Assembly: GCF_018350175.1 (NCBI RefSeq)
Contig: NC_058368.1
Location: 229,340,001 to 229,404,000, forward strand
DNA length: 64,000 nt
DNA from: Felis catus
Lineage: Eukaryota
Direction of reading: 5' to 3'
A program made the translations under genes and the position numbers. This document shows positions 1-13,362 of this stretch, piece after piece; the stretch's first letter is position 1; each line of letters opens with the position of its first letter. The notes beneath the pieces were generated by a model. It did no database searches. It saw only the letters and a program-made list of their open reading frames with translations, and was not told the DNA's origin.

Positions 1-32
1 TGTCACCATCTAAATGCCATTGAAGTTGCGAG

Positions 33-64
33 GGGGGATGCCTGGGTGGCTCAGTGTGTTGAGC
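33..64 (+). mobile_element. Can-SINE 5' head fragment only
   Basis: gggatgcctgggtggctcagtgtgttgagc matches the Can-SINE head/A-box; the rest of the element is absent. Confidence 0.7.
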
Positions 65-75
65 TTATGGTAGGA

Positions 76-137
76 TTAAGCCCTTACGGTTTGTGGTTTG
101 TTATGCAGCATTACTGAGGCAAAATATAACTAATGCA
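76..137 (+). mobile_element. MaLR (MLT1-like) LTR 3' end fragment
   Basis: ttaagcc...tttgtggtttgttatgcagca...aactaatgca resembles the MLT1 terminus. Confidence 0.6.
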
Positions 138-687
138 CTTATTAACAGTCTGTATTGTCATTAACAGTACTTGCTACCCTCTGTTGAGGACCACCTATCT
201 ATGCACCACGCATTATGCTAGGTACTACATATGGTTTATTCTACATCCTGGCGTTAAAAAGAGTGGATTTTAGAGAATCTGAGTTGTCTTAGATTACCTA
301 AATATTAAATGCTACACCTGAAATCCAAACTCAAAACTCCAGCGTCTACTTTCTTTCTTCTGCATTCTTCTATCTCCTCACAGCTAGAAAATAATTTAGA
401 GCCTGGGATAAAATTTTAATGGGAAATATGCTATCCCTTCTCCTGAAATGGAAAATACGTTATCTCTGCTCCTGATTATACTTAGCTCTGCTTAAAAACA
501 CCTACCCACACACCCTTTTTAGTGACAAGACATTAATAGACACTTAAAGAAGAAAATAAGTCCAAATGATGTGGTTTTGTCAGAAAATCCCCCAAGGAAA
601 CTAACAGAACCTATACATAAACTAGCTTAAACGAGCTGACAATGCTTCATTTTCAAAGAAGATAAGCAACACCCAAAAACTAAGAAA

Positions 688-771
688 GACAATACACACT
701 GTTAATAAGTATATTGGTTATATTTTGCCCCAATAATGCTTCATAACAAACCACAAACCATAAAGGCTTAA
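688..771 (-). repeat. Inverted copy of 76-159
   Basis: Reverse complement matches 76-159 at 75/84 positions without gaps. Confidence 0.95.
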
Positions 772-2148
772 AATTCTCATGCTTTTTCTACTCTACCTTA
801 CTAACTTCCATTTAAATTAATATATTTTTAAATTTTCATTTGCTCTTTTCCTTGTTACTTGAAGCTCTATGCAGTATAACACTTTTATAAATATATTTTA
901 AAAAGTAAAAATGTCTGTACCATAGCAAACAACCTTTGGCAATTCTCTCTTTTTTTTTTTTTTTTTTTTTGTACATAATTTCTTTTGCTTACCTTGAGAA
1001 CTTGGGTAGGCAATTAAGAAAAGAAATAAAACATCTCTTGTGCTCTTTTTCATAGTTTTACAAAGGCAGAGGAAACTATCTGGCTTTCTCTAGCTTAGGG
1101 ATCATTAAAAAGTTGCCACTTTGATGTGTGTGCAGAAAAAAAAAACAAAAAGTTTCTCTAGGAATTGCTCACAGGTTCCTGGATATGTCAAAAGAGAACA
1201 AACAGAAAGAAATGAAGACGCTAGAAATCTCAAGTGGCTGGTGAGAGGTTTAGAAAATAAAAATCCTCAATAATGCATAGCTCACGATTCTTTTCATCAA
1301 GCACGATGACATTGTAATATTTTCCTCATTGTTTCAATAATAAAATCACTAGAAAAGACACAACTTCTTTTCCCAAATAAGTGAAGGTCATGAGGATATG
1401 AGCAAAGAATGGATTACTTGCTGATGTACATAAAATAAAGGTATAAATAATTTGTTACATCTCCTCACATAAATTTTGTATTTTGGGCTAAAATCCTAGT
1501 TTCTATTTATTTCCTTTTGCTCTTCCCATATCGTATCCCGGGAAACGTAGACCTTGCTTTCATTTTTTTTTATTATAATAAGAACTGTACTTTCTTTTTC
1601 AGATTTCACTAGGGATTGCAGTACAAAGAACATTTACCTCTCTCACTGTTTCAAATGTCCTTAGCCACTATCACCCTGGCACAAAAGCTAGTTAAATTTA
1701 GACTGTGTTCAATTCTCCCAGTTAATTTTGGACCCTTACCTTTTTAAATATACTGCTTAGGATATGAATGCAGGCCAAACACTGCAACTCCCCCATTCTC
1801 TTGATAGAAATGAGGATGAGCCATTATTTTTTTCTGTATTTTAGCAAACGGTGAACCTTTTTATGAAATAAAATGCACACATCATTACAACTTCTCATTA
1901 AATATGTACTAGGGAGATAATGCTACTGCTGAGTAGCTAGAGTTATTACTCTTTCAACAATTTAACAGCTCTCTTCTTGTCATTGTAAGACTTTTTTTTT
2001 TTTTTTTTGCCTTCTCTGATTATATGAGTTATTGTTAACTTCAACAAAAATGCTAGGGCTTTCTTCCCTGCAAGCAAACAGATTGGCAAACTGTTTACAG
2101 TGCAGTTGAATATATTTCGCAAATATTATCAGAATAAAAAATGGTTTT

Positions 2149-2328
2149 GGGGGCACCTGGGTGGCTCAGTTGGTTAAACGTCAGAGTCTTGATTTCAGTT
2201 CAGGTCATGATCTTACTCAAGGTCACGAGATTGAGCCCTGCATCCAGCTCTGTGCTGAGTGTGGAGCCTGCTTGGGATTCTCTCTCTTTTTCCCCTTACT
2301 CCCCCTCTTTCTCTCTCTCAAAAAAAAT
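2149..2328 (+). mobile_element. Can-SINE (older subfamily)
   Basis: ggggcacctgggtggctcag head, caggtcatgatct, (CT)n, A tail. Confidence 0.95.
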
Positions 2329-3279
2329 CGCTTTGATAATATAGGTACTTCTATTTTATTTCATGTAAACACTATAATATACTCTTTCATGATAAAATTT
2401 TTAAAACTTTCCTGTAGTAGAAAAGTAAAACCAATAAGAATTTAGCTGGGAATGTACTGATAGAACTGAGTGATTTATCAAACAAAGACTGAGAAAAATG
2501 TCACAGCTTTATACCTTAATATTACACACACAGATGACATTTTAATGCATGTAATGGTTATGGTAATTATTTCATTTTCCTTAAACATCATAAATAGCTA
2601 ATTCATGATGGAAACAAACGTAAAACTACCATTTTATGTTACCTGAAATAATGGGAATAGTGGGAAAGTGCTAACAGAACTGAGAGATGCAGAAAATAAC
2701 TTCTGAAAAGAAAACTATCGAGATTTATAGGTAATATTTAACATATATTATCGTTTCAAATTCTCATTCATGCTTGATACAACTTTTTCAGGTTTAATTT
2801 TATATAAGTACACTAGATTGACCATAATGGACCAACTTAATCTAAAAGTTTTTTAAAAATTGCTTCTAGTTTTTGAAGTTACATGAACAAAAATGGCATT
2901 TCAGTCATTATATCTATGAATTCAGAGCCTGCTTCATTATTTCCAAAGTCTAAAATGTATTTGTAAAGATGGTCCAATGCACTCAGATGGTTATAGAGGC
3001 TGTTGTGATACAGCACAATAAACCCTTTTGAGAACTGGAAGAAAGAGTTTTATTCTATGTTCATCTGCTAGCAACCTGTGTTACCTTGGGCAAATGAATG
3101 TGACTCACTCTGTAGCTTTTTCTTTTGCATTAAGAGAGGAAATTTGACTAACATGTATCTCTAAGGCCTATTTAAATGTAAAAGCTGAAATTCCATCACT
3201 GATGACTCTTTACTACTCATGAAAATGAAATACACATTTCGCCACATGCCAGATTTTAAGCCATCTAAGAAGCAAAGGT

Positions 3280-3415
3280 AATTTGACTCTTGCTACCTGC
3301 TAAATCCCCATGCCGGGCTTAATGCCTAATGTGGCATAGGTGACTCACTCAATACATGTGCTGTGTAAATGAACAAGTGAATGAATGAATGAATGAATGA
3401 ATGAATGAATGAATG
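3280..3415 (+). mobile_element. L2 3' end with (TGAA)n tail
   Basis: ...gcataggtgactcactcaatacatgtg...aatgaa followed by a (TGAA)n array, typical of L2 termini. Confidence 0.6.
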
Positions 3416-4166
3416 TTTTCTCCAGATAGTTATATTTTTCTTGTCATGCAACTATCTGGACTGATTTTTTCTTTCATATTTTAACTTTGCTCTCATTTTT
3501 GTCGTTATTATCAGGATACTTACTGTGCAAGTCTAACGAATGAAATGTTCAACAGCTCAGTTTCCTTTGCCGATTTGATGTGGGTAACCTTGACTTGCCA
3601 GGCCCTTATTCACAAGCTTTAAAGTTCCAAGAAAAATGTATTCTCCCCAGGAACTAAAAAATTATTTAAAATTATAGAAAATGTGGAACATTTGCTCCAA
3701 GTAGAGTGAACAAGGAAATTCAGAACATCCCTCCTGCTAAGCACCAGAGGCAAAGTGTAAACAGCACTGGGACTTTAGAGGGCTACGAAGTATTACCAGA
3801 CCAAGATCTGGCCAGGGATGGAAATCCAGAGAGAATTGTTCTTCAATTCTGAAATAGGTACCTGAGACCCTGTAAGTATGAACAGCATGTTTGGTGGTCT
3901 TGTAGCATCAGGAGGGTAAAAGTTGATATTCAGAGCCATGCAAAGTGGGGCTCTGTTAAACAATTTTCTATTTACATGGGGGCCCTGAAACACTGAACCC
4001 CAGAGATAAGGATGAACTTAATGTCCTTCCAAACTCAAATCTCAGTCCCTGAAACTGGGATTAGATGACGACACGCCGCTAGTTTCCCTGAGAGATGCAT
4101 GACAGAAGCAAATGAAAATTGCCTCAAGACATTAAAGTTATTTTAACTTCCAAATAATTTCTCAAG

Positions 4167-4171
4167 TTTGT

Positions 4172-4222
<51 letters not shown>

Positions 4223-4404
4223 GAGAGACAGAGCATGAGCAAAGGAGGGGCAGTGAGAGGGAGAGAGAGAATCCCAAGCAAGCTCCACATAGTCAGAGTC
4301 AGCACAGATCAAGCAGGGCTTGATCCCACGAACCACTAGGTCATAAGCTGAGCCGAAATCAAGAGTCAGACACTGACCCGACTGAGCGCTCCAGGCACGC
4401 CCCC
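4167..4404 (-). mobile_element. Can-SINE with (TTTA)n tail
   Basis: Reverse-strand SINE body (gagaatcccaagc...ccaggcacgcccc); tail expanded to (TTTA)n at 4171-4221. Confidence 0.95.
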
Positions 4405-5047
4405 CGCAATGATCCGTAAAACAATTTTATCAAATATAATCCTTGGCACACAATAACAAGAACCAAGCTAGCCGTAATTTTGTGTTTATTTTTACAGGCA
4501 AGGTCACTCTTTATCCTTCTAACAGCACATTCTACTTTCATGTAAATTCCTCACTGAGTATAAATTTCAAAGTCTTGATTTGTTTCCTATTCCTTCATAT
4601 GTATTTTAATCAGGACATGAAAGAATCATAAATTCTCAGCTTGGCAACTGGAAAATTTCCAAGAAACATGTTGCAATATTCCTTTAGTATATAGAAGTAC
4701 TGGGCATTTTCTGATATGACAGCATTTTTGTTACTGCCAAAGTAAAATAACATTGTCCAGGGAATTTTTTTTCTTACTCTAATGAGTATTGACATAATTA
4801 AAATAGATATAGTTGGAGACATTCTGATCTATAGTTGCCATTTATTTCTAATGACAGAGTTTTGAAATTATGTATTGATGTTGGAGAAGGGAGAGCCTAT
4901 GAACTCCAAAAGAATATATGTGTTCCTAATATTTTTATGTGTCCCTATTATTTTACTTGGGAAACTATGGTGTAGTTAGTAGTCATATGCATTATGGTCA
5001 ATACACTCCTCTTCTTCTTTTTCTTCTTCTTCTTCCTCTTCCTCTTC

Positions 5048-5250
5048 TTTTTTAATGTTTATTTACTTTTGAGAGAGAGAGAGAGAGAGGCGCAAAAGGG
5101 TAGAGAGAGAGGGAGACACAGAATCTGAAGCAGGCTCCAGACTCTGAGCTGTCAGCACAGAGCCTGATGTGGGGCTCAAACTCACAGAGTGTGAGATCGT
5201 GACCTGAGGCGAAGTCAGGTGCCTACCCACATGATCCACCCAGCTACCCT
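5048..5250 (-). mobile_element. Can-SINE (felid type)
   Basis: ttttaatgtttattt...gagggagacacagaatctgaagcaggctcc...cacccagctaccc; (TTC)n just to the left. Confidence 0.95.
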
Positions 5251-5364
5251 GCCAATATGGTCTTCTTAAGCAAAAATATATACAGCAGCAGATATCAAAA
5301 CATGTCTTTTCTTGTTGTTTAAAAAGAATTTCTAAACTATTAAATGACCAAACATTTTTTCCAG

Positions 5365-5457
5365 ATATGGTGGATGTTACAGAATATGGTGACGTTACAG
5401 AATATGGTGGACCTTACAGAATGAGGTGACATTACAGAATATGGTGATGTTACAGAA
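5365..5457. repeat. Minisatellite, 5 x 18-19 bp (atatggtg[g]aygttacaga)
   Basis: Five tandem units read directly from the sequence. Confidence 0.9.
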
Positions 5458-7231
5458 GATGCTGAAGATCCTTTAGCTTAGTATCCAACCAATCTCTTGA
5501 ATTCTAATTACTATGTCCAATGTTTGGTCATGAGATTGATGAGCTGAATCAGGAGGGAAATGAAGGCAGAAAAGAGAAGATGAGGAGATGGAAAGGGAAG
5601 GGAGAAAAGGGTGAATTTGGGGGCGCAGGAATGGATGAGGACAAGAGGCCTTGCCTTCCAAGGACATCAAGAGGGGAGAAGAATTAGCCCAGGAAAAAGG
5701 CTAAGGGTGATAAAAAACAAACAAACAACCTTTGCTATTTGAGTAGGAAAGAGGCATCATTATTTGTTGGTAAGTCAAAAATACTGAAAACCTCCTTCAC
5801 CTAGGAGTGTTACACAAAAGTTATAAACACCTAAGTAACTAAGAGCTGGCACTTACTCTGTGCTGCACACTGTTCAAAGCCCATGGCCAGCTGGCGAGGT
5901 TGCACAGGATGGACCCAGCAGAAGATGGTCACCGTCATGGAGTAGTGACTGGTCACTGTGTCCCAGCTACCTCTCTGCTAGTCACATCATGCACCTAGTG
6001 GTGCAACTAAAACCAAGACCTTCCTCTAGTTCACCTGAGATGGGCATCTCCCACTCAGAGGTAACTCTTCCTAAGCGTTGGATACCTGTGAACTCATTTT
6101 ATCCTTCCAACACAAAGGATATGGGCAGTAACATCACTTTTACTAATAACATTTGCATAGCATTTCCTAATTTATGCAATGCAATTTTACAACTATGCAA
6201 TATTAATTAAGTATTGATAGTCCCATTTTACAGGTACACAGAAATTAAGTTACTAAGTCAAGGTCATAAAGAAGGTAGTAACCAGACTGGTGAATGAGGT
6301 GAGGAAATCTAGTCCCTGGATCCCTGCTCCTAGCAGCGGTTCCTAGCAACGGTTCCTCTTACTCCCTCCCAGCTGTTTTTCTTTCCCTTTTCCCTGTCTT
6401 CTCCACTCTCTTTCTTTCTCTCTTTCTCTTCTTTATTCCTCTATACTTTCGCTATCCCACGTTGTCTCTCTTTTTTCCAAACCAAGCTTAAAGGAGGCTA
6501 ACATGTTAATTGAAAGTTTCTGGATAACCGGTTCTTGATTCATAAACAGATGATTACTCCTCTTGCAGAATCACAAATATATAGATTTTAATCTATTAAT
6601 TTCCATGTACTGTTTCTTGTTCTGTTATCGCTAGCAAATACTTATGCACACACACACAAGTAAATTAGCTTACTAACACAAAATTTAAAAAAAAATTAAC
6701 CAAGGGTTTTGTTAATTTTCTTCCAAAAATTGAAGAACCAGGAGCATTCTATAAGTATAACCTCTCAATAAGAACCCGCACCAACTGGTTTACATGACTT
6801 TCTGCATGTTACTCTCATAAAAATGAATATAAATTTTATCTTTAAAGTGATTGTTTTACATTTTATTTTGTCAGAGCAACTTACTTATGAGAAAGAAACG
6901 TGATAGGAAAATGTCAAGTGTTTAATATTTCTTCGAAATACATGTAGACCCGTTCACTTTTTCTGTTCCACCAGCATCTAATTTGGGGGTAATATGTTAG
7001 CAAACAAATAATGTTGCAAAGATCTACTTTTTTGCAGTAAAGATTTAGAGAGGTGCTCAGACTTGATGCTGCATGACATGGTTGAAGCAGTTCTTGGGTA
7101 TCATCTCCCGTGAGGGCAAGAGGTTAATAAATGGTCTAACATTAGTGCTAATTCAGTTGCCCACTTGATTCGCTTCCAAGTGATTCATCTTCCAAGATGA
7201 AGACACTGATACTTCAAGATAAAACACGGTT

Positions 7232-7398
7232 GGGGCGCCTGGGTGGCTCAGCCGGTTAAGCATCCGACTTCAGCTCAGGTCGGATTCTCATGGTTCATGG
7301 ATTCCAGCCCTGCATCGGGCTCTGTGCGGGCAGTTGGGAGCCTGGGGCCTGCTTTGGATTCTGTGTCTCCCTCTCTCTCTGCCTCTCCCCCTCTCATG

Positions 7399-7448
<50 letters not shown>

Positions 7449-7479
7449 AATAAACATTAAAAAATTAAAAATTAAAAAA
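7232..7479 (+). mobile_element. Can-SINE (felid type)
   Basis: Full body; 16-bp TSD aagataaaca(c/t)ggtt-type at 7216-7231 and 7480-7495. Confidence 0.97.
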
Positions 7480-7812
7480 AAGATAAAACATGGTTATCGA
7501 ATGTATAATTTTTTAATGTAGAAAATAATTTTAAGTGCCTTGTCTCAAAATGTATGATGCACAGGTCTTTTCGAAGTAAACCCACCCAAATAGCTACTTA
7601 CAGTTTGTGCAAGGCCTTCTAGCAGTACTTTATCATAAAGAAAACACTTTTCACTTTGTAACATACTGACATCATATCAAATTGATCCATATGAAAGGCT
7701 GGAAAGGCAGCAATAGAGTCCACCTTAAGCTATGCATTAATGCTTTTAAAAAGAAGGAAAACACCTTGTAAATAAAAAGTTTAATCCTCAGAATTAATCA
7801 GGAGGAGAAAAC

Positions 7813-7943
7813 CTTGCAGTTGGTGCACAGATTGCAAGAAGATACCCACGGTGTAAGAGGTAGCTGGAACAGATCACAGCTCCAAGACCATGACCATGTG
7901 AGTGAAATGGCCAGATAGACCCACGCAACCATACATATATGAT
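7813..7943 (-). other. Candidate exon-like segment (unidentified)
   Basis: Acceptor-like ttttaattctattcattcag; two frames open; donor weak (aag|gttttc). Confidence 0.2.
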
Positions 7944-8010
7944 CTGAATGAATAGAATTAAAACAACAACCAAAGTATACAACCCCAAAGATGTTTTCTA
8001 TAGTCGACAT

Positions 8011-8013
<3 letters not shown>

Positions 8014-8054
<41 letters not shown>
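8014..8054. repeat. (CA)n microsatellite
   Basis: Perfect CA run. Confidence 0.98.
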
Positions 8055-8056
<2 letters not shown>

Positions 8057-8664
8057 TTACATGTTGTCCGATAAAAACATACTGAAATCTTCAGTATGTC
8101 AGATAAAAACATACTGAAAGTTAGAGTGCACATACAGATATTGTTTGAATATTCAAAACTTTAGATTGCTATAATGCCATGCATTTTCAGTATCATATCA
8201 TAAATGTAAAGCAGAGGGCCTGTATTCCCAGTGTCCCTCTCGTCCCTCCCAGCTCCCAAGCGTGCGTCACCTCACGACCCACTGACAGGAGGGAATAGCC
8301 CTGGTGATTCTACAACGTGCTGCTAGAAACAACATGTTCAGCCTTCAAACGTCTCAAGTCTGAATTTTCTAAAAATAAAATGACATTTTGTCTAGATGAC
8401 TTTATTAAGTTTTAGAAACACAGTGCCAGGTGTTTTACATGGAATTGGTTTCCCTGGTACAGATTCGACATATATTAAAGACACAGGGAGAGGGAAAGAA
8501 ATACTCACACCCACCTCGCCACACCCCTCCCTCAAACACCAGTGAGAGCATTTCGTAGTTTTAATTAATTTGTCTTTTAAAAGTTAATTTCCTCGGAAAA
8601 AAAGTACAGTTTGGACAAAAATATATATTTAGACAAACTTAGGTATTTAAAAATTTATGTGCTT

Positions 8665-8879
8665 GGGGTGCCTGGCTCAGTTGGTTAAGCATCCAACTTC
8701 AGCTTACGTCAAGATCTCGCTGTTCGTAGGTTTGAGTCCTGCATCGGGCTCTGTGCTGACCGCTCAGAGCCTGGAGCCTGCTTCGGATTCTGTGTCTCCT
8801 TCCCTTTCTGCCCCTCTGGGGCTCATACTCTATCTCTCTCTCTCTCTCTCAAAAATAAACAAATGTTAAAAAGTACAAA
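8665..8879 (+). mobile_element. Can-SINE (felid type)
   Basis: Full body; TSD taaaaatttatgt(g/a)ctt. Confidence 0.96.
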
Positions 8880-9991
8880 TAAAAATTTATGTACTTAAAA
8901 TTCTGAGCTAAAATATCTATGTAGAAATATATATTTAATAACGAATTTTCCAGATCAGTTCATACTTTAAGTGAATAAATGAAAGCATAGATTTATTTTT
9001 AATGTTTATTTATTTTTGAATTTTTGAATTTTTAAAAAGTAAGAACTTAAATGGTTTGAAAGACTGTAAGTACAGCAGTACAATACAATATTAAATTTCA
9101 AGAGAATTTGATTGTGGTTTTCTTTTTTTCTGGTTCTTATCAAATTTGAGACACTCAGCCTCTTTAAAAATTCCCTTATTCTATATTGCTCTTGTGTAGA
9201 AAATTAAACACAAATTTCAAAATTAATTGAAATTAATTCCTTACAGGTTTATACCAGAGGAGATGAAATATTTAGTAACTCATAGTGTAAAACAAAAAAG
9301 ATTAATCACTCAATTTTATTCCCTAAATTTATTAATTATAGTTGATATAATTGCTTATAGGTTTGATTTCTTAAATTATGGTCTTAACAACACTTTAATC
9401 CCACAAGTACTCAGAATTCCTAATTGAAAGTTCATATAACTAAATAGTGGTAAAAATTTTGCCTCTGAAATACTGTGTTCTCTGATTTGAAAATATGCTT
9501 ATTATAAATTAGTTTATAATAGTGATATTTCAAATATATTAAATTAAATTTTTAAAGTGTAAGCAATCATATTTTATCAACTAAATCCAAAACTTTCATT
9601 CTTCTGTATTCCCTTGCCCCTTAAATAATTTGAATAATTGACAATTATTATTTTAGATCTTTTTCTCCTAGTATTTTCAAATAGCAAACAGCTTAGTTTT
9701 CCAACAAAAGGTGGGATATTCATTAGTTACCATAACAAAGTTCCAGACCCCATACACAAAATAGATTTTTATCCCAGCTCTTAAGAGGGGAATATCCACT
9801 TGCCCCCCCCCCCCCCCCCACCAATCCCCAGCTCTGGAACATTTGCTGCTGTGTAAAATTCAGTACAGTGTTTGTTTTCTTATCATAAGATTCACAGATA
9901 TCACTGGGAGAGAAGAACGAAGAATCAACATCTTCTACTGACCCTCATAAGACTCCCAGGTGAGACCTTCTGGTAAGACTGCCTACAGCTC

Positions 9992-10207
9992 AGGGCGCCT
10001 GAGTGGCTCAGTTGGTTAAGGGCCTCCCTTCGACTCAGGTCATGATCTTACAAGTTCGTGGGTTTGAGTCCCACATCAGGCTCTGTGCTGACTGCGCAGA
10101 GCCTGGAGCCTGCTTCGGATTCCGTGTCTCCCTCTCTCTCTGCCCTTCCCCTGCTTGTGCTCCTTCTCTATCTCTCAAAAATAAATAAATGTTAAAAAAA
10201 AAAAAAA
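9992..10207 (+). mobile_element. Can-SINE (felid type)
   Basis: Full body; perfect 17-bp TSD aagactgcctacagctc. Confidence 0.97.
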
Positions 10208-11422
10208 AAGACTGCCTACAGCTCTTCCTCTCCAGCTGGTGGCCAACCCAACCTGTCCAACAGAGTCTGACAAACTGTGGTTCCACTCTTTCTGCTTATT
10301 TCAGCTATCCTGTGTCTCTAGCAGCCAAAGCTTCTCCAGACTTTGCAAGAATTTGAACAGTAAAACAGTTCTCAAGAAAAAACTAAACATCAAATGTCTT
10401 CCTCAATCTGTTATAAAATTTTTATACCTTTCCTCCTTAGAACTTCTATGTTAAAGCTGTATTCATTTTGCAATGTTCTCATTAAGGCCTGAACTAATGG
10501 TTTTAGGTGGATTTTTCACTTTCAACATGTTTAATACTATATTCTTTGACTTAGTACTATTATCCTTTTATTAATATTATACACATTAAATTTTATAGCC
10601 CTAGCTAGTCAATATTCCTTAAAAAATGGAAAGACCAATGAGACTGTATCAATTAAATTTCTGAAATAAACTACTTTAAAAGGAAATTAACCAGGCCACA
10701 TTGTTAATTTATCTGGAAGCAACAGCTTTGTTGCCCTGGTTTTTCTTTAGAATCTAAAAGTTAATGAAGAAGGCTCTAAAACAACAATAAGATAAACAAA
10801 AAGAGATAAATTTAATAACCTAATAGACAATTCTAGGGTTCACTATATCCCACATTACAGGATGCATGAGTTTCTTTACATATATGTGCAAATTATATTA
10901 TTATCTTTGGTTGAAAAAAGAAAACTATCTGAAAAATGCAGGTTAATATTATATGTTAATAAATGCATGAATGTATATATAATAAATATAATTATATTTA
11001 ATATACCATTTGTATATGTGATAAATATATTTTTGTTTATGTATATAAAATAGAAATATAATAATATGTAAAATGTATGTAATATAATGTATAGCATAAA
11101 TATTATATGTTATAAGATTTTGTATATATTATCTTATATATAATATAGAACATATATTATAGAAAATATCATATACAGTACATTTATATGCTATACAGTA
11201 TTTTATATGACCCTGTATTTTTTGGTTATTATATATAATATATATCTTACCTGTTCTGTCTTATGTATATACACATGATACATAATTATATAAACTATAA
11301 ATCTCTTTATAGAATGGTGTAACTGTAAATAAAATCAGGAAAATAATCAAAGATAAAGAAGGAAAGAAAGAAAGAGAGGGAGGAAGAAAGAGCAAGAGAG
11401 TATGAATCAAGAAAAAGGAAAT

Positions 11423-11645
11423 GGGGCACTTCTGTGGCTCAATCAGTCGGGCAGCTGACTTTGGCTCAGGTCATGATCTTGCAGCTCGTGAGTTCAAGCC
11501 CCATGTTGGGCTCTGTGCTGACAGTTCAGAGCCTGAAGCCTGCTTCAGATTCTGTGTCTCCCTCTCTTTCTGCCCCTCCTTTCCTTAAGCTCTATCTCTC
11601 TCTCTCAAAAATAAATAAACATTTAAAAAAGAAAAAAGAAAAAAA
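11423..11645 (+). mobile_element. Can-SINE (felid type)
   Basis: Full body; TSD aagaaaaa(g/c)gaaa. Confidence 0.95.
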
Positions 11646-12779
11646 GAAAAACGAAACAACATAAGCTGACTGTTGCCCTGGAAAAATTTGCTACATCTGT
11701 TCTTTTCAATCATGTCAAAGATCAAAGACACTTCCAAAACATTCTCAATCAGAGATACCAGATCAAAACCTCCTTATTGTGCCAGAACCCAGCACTCAGT
11801 TATAGGTGAAATATATGTATCCCAATATTTCCACATACACAATCCCTATCTCAGAATACACACTAACACAACAGACACTCAAAACCCATAGGACATTCTG
11901 TTTTATATGGCCTTAGTATGGAATGGAAGAGGCATCTCTTCTGAGTATTGATAACCACAAGCCAACACTCATGCAGATTTGGACCCTAATGATCCACTAA
12001 GCATAAAATTTGAAACAAAACAGAAAGCTAAGAATGTTTTTAATGCAATTCAGCTATAATATACTGGAGAGGCTCACCCCTTGAATCATTTAAATATAAA
12101 GTTCAAATGATCACTCTGTATAAAATTACAACACATAGAAATAAAGCACATTACCAAGAGTCCATGAAAAAAATGTGCAAAAGTACAATTAGAAAGTGAG
12201 AATTTTACTGGGACTATTAAGCACAGAATATAAAATAAATAAGCATCTGTAACACATTTAAGAACATAAATGGAAACTGAAAGTATAGGATGGAATGAGG
12301 TAGTATAAACACGAACAAACATATTTGAATAAAAAGAATTCGTGTAAAAATATAGACAGGTAATTTAAAATACCTTAACTTTTAAAATTCAGCAGATGAG
12401 ATGTGGTTTATTAGAAAAAGTTAGGCATAAATTTACTAAGTCAGAGAAGGAACTAAATAAAATATCCAGAAAATAACACAAAGTGTGAAAGACATGGAAA
12501 ATACGTAATTGAGTTTAAGAATGATAGAGAACTTCCATTGAAAGTGCAAGAGATGATAGACAAACTTTGAAAGAATACCTGAGAAATTTCTAGATCTAGA
12601 TAATTTGGAGTCCACAGATTTTGGAAGTACAATCAAACTGTAAAAATTAGTTAATTAATTAAATTTAAATAAAATGGCACCTAAATAAATTTAGTTGATG
12701 CTTCAAAAAAGTAAAAATATAGAGGAAACCTGAAACTTGATAGTTTGAAAATATAAATCAAAATCAAAAAGGAATTTCA

Positions 12780-12911
12780 GGGGTGACTAGGTGGCTCAGT
12801 CGATTAAGTGTCCTGTCTTGATTTCAGCTCAAGTCATGATCTCACAGTTCTGAAATTGAGACCACATTGGACGGAGCCTGCTTGAGATTATCCCTCTCCC
12901 TCTGTTTGCAA

Positions 12912-12943
<32 letters not shown>

Positions 12944-12960
12944 AAAAAAAAAAAGAAAAG
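12780..12960 (+). mobile_element. Can-SINE, internally deleted
   Basis: Head, (CT)n and A tail present; middle segment missing. Confidence 0.9.
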
Positions 12961-13153
12961 TTCAATTAAACATTGAGTTCTAAATGGTAACACTGGTGTT
13001 TGGAAAAGAACTGAATATTATCACCAAACTTCTGAGAAGATATTATTGTCTATCAAGAACTATATTTTTGAAAACATAGTAACATAATTTTTAGAAGAGT
13101 GTTGAAAGAAATAGAGAACAAAGTTGACTTTTCCAATTTAAAATTTCATGCTA

Positions 13154-13362
13154 GGGGCGCCTGGGTGGCGCAGTCGGTTAAGCGTCCGACTTCAGCCAGG
13201 TCACGATCTCGCGCTCCGTGAGTTCGAGCCCCGCATCGGGCTCTGGGCTGATGGCTCGGAGCCTGGAGCCTGTTTCCGATTCTGTGTCTCCCTCTCTCTC
13301 TGCCCCTCCCCCGTTCATGCTCTGTCTCTCTCTGTCCCAAAAATAAATAAACGTTGAAAAAA
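13154..13362 (+). mobile_element. Young SINEC_Fc-type Can-SINE
   Basis: CpG-rich, near identical to five other copies; perfect 19-bp TSD aatttaaaatttcatgcta. Confidence 0.98.

Noticed and set aside
7798..7988. Resemblance to SRD5A (IHSDHI), ACER3, TECR/TECRL or ELOVL motifs
   Set aside because: Matches of 4-6 residues that are not colinear with other segments; expected by chance in hydrophobic translations.
10940..11300. AT-rich ORFs on both strands (10862-11097)
   Set aside because: Low-complexity TA-rich decay giving I/Y/N-biased translations.
13154..13230. tRNA-like A/B boxes (tggcgcagtcgg, gttcgagcc)
   Set aside because: tRNA-derived SINE heads, each followed by SINE body, (CT)n and A tail; not tRNA genes.
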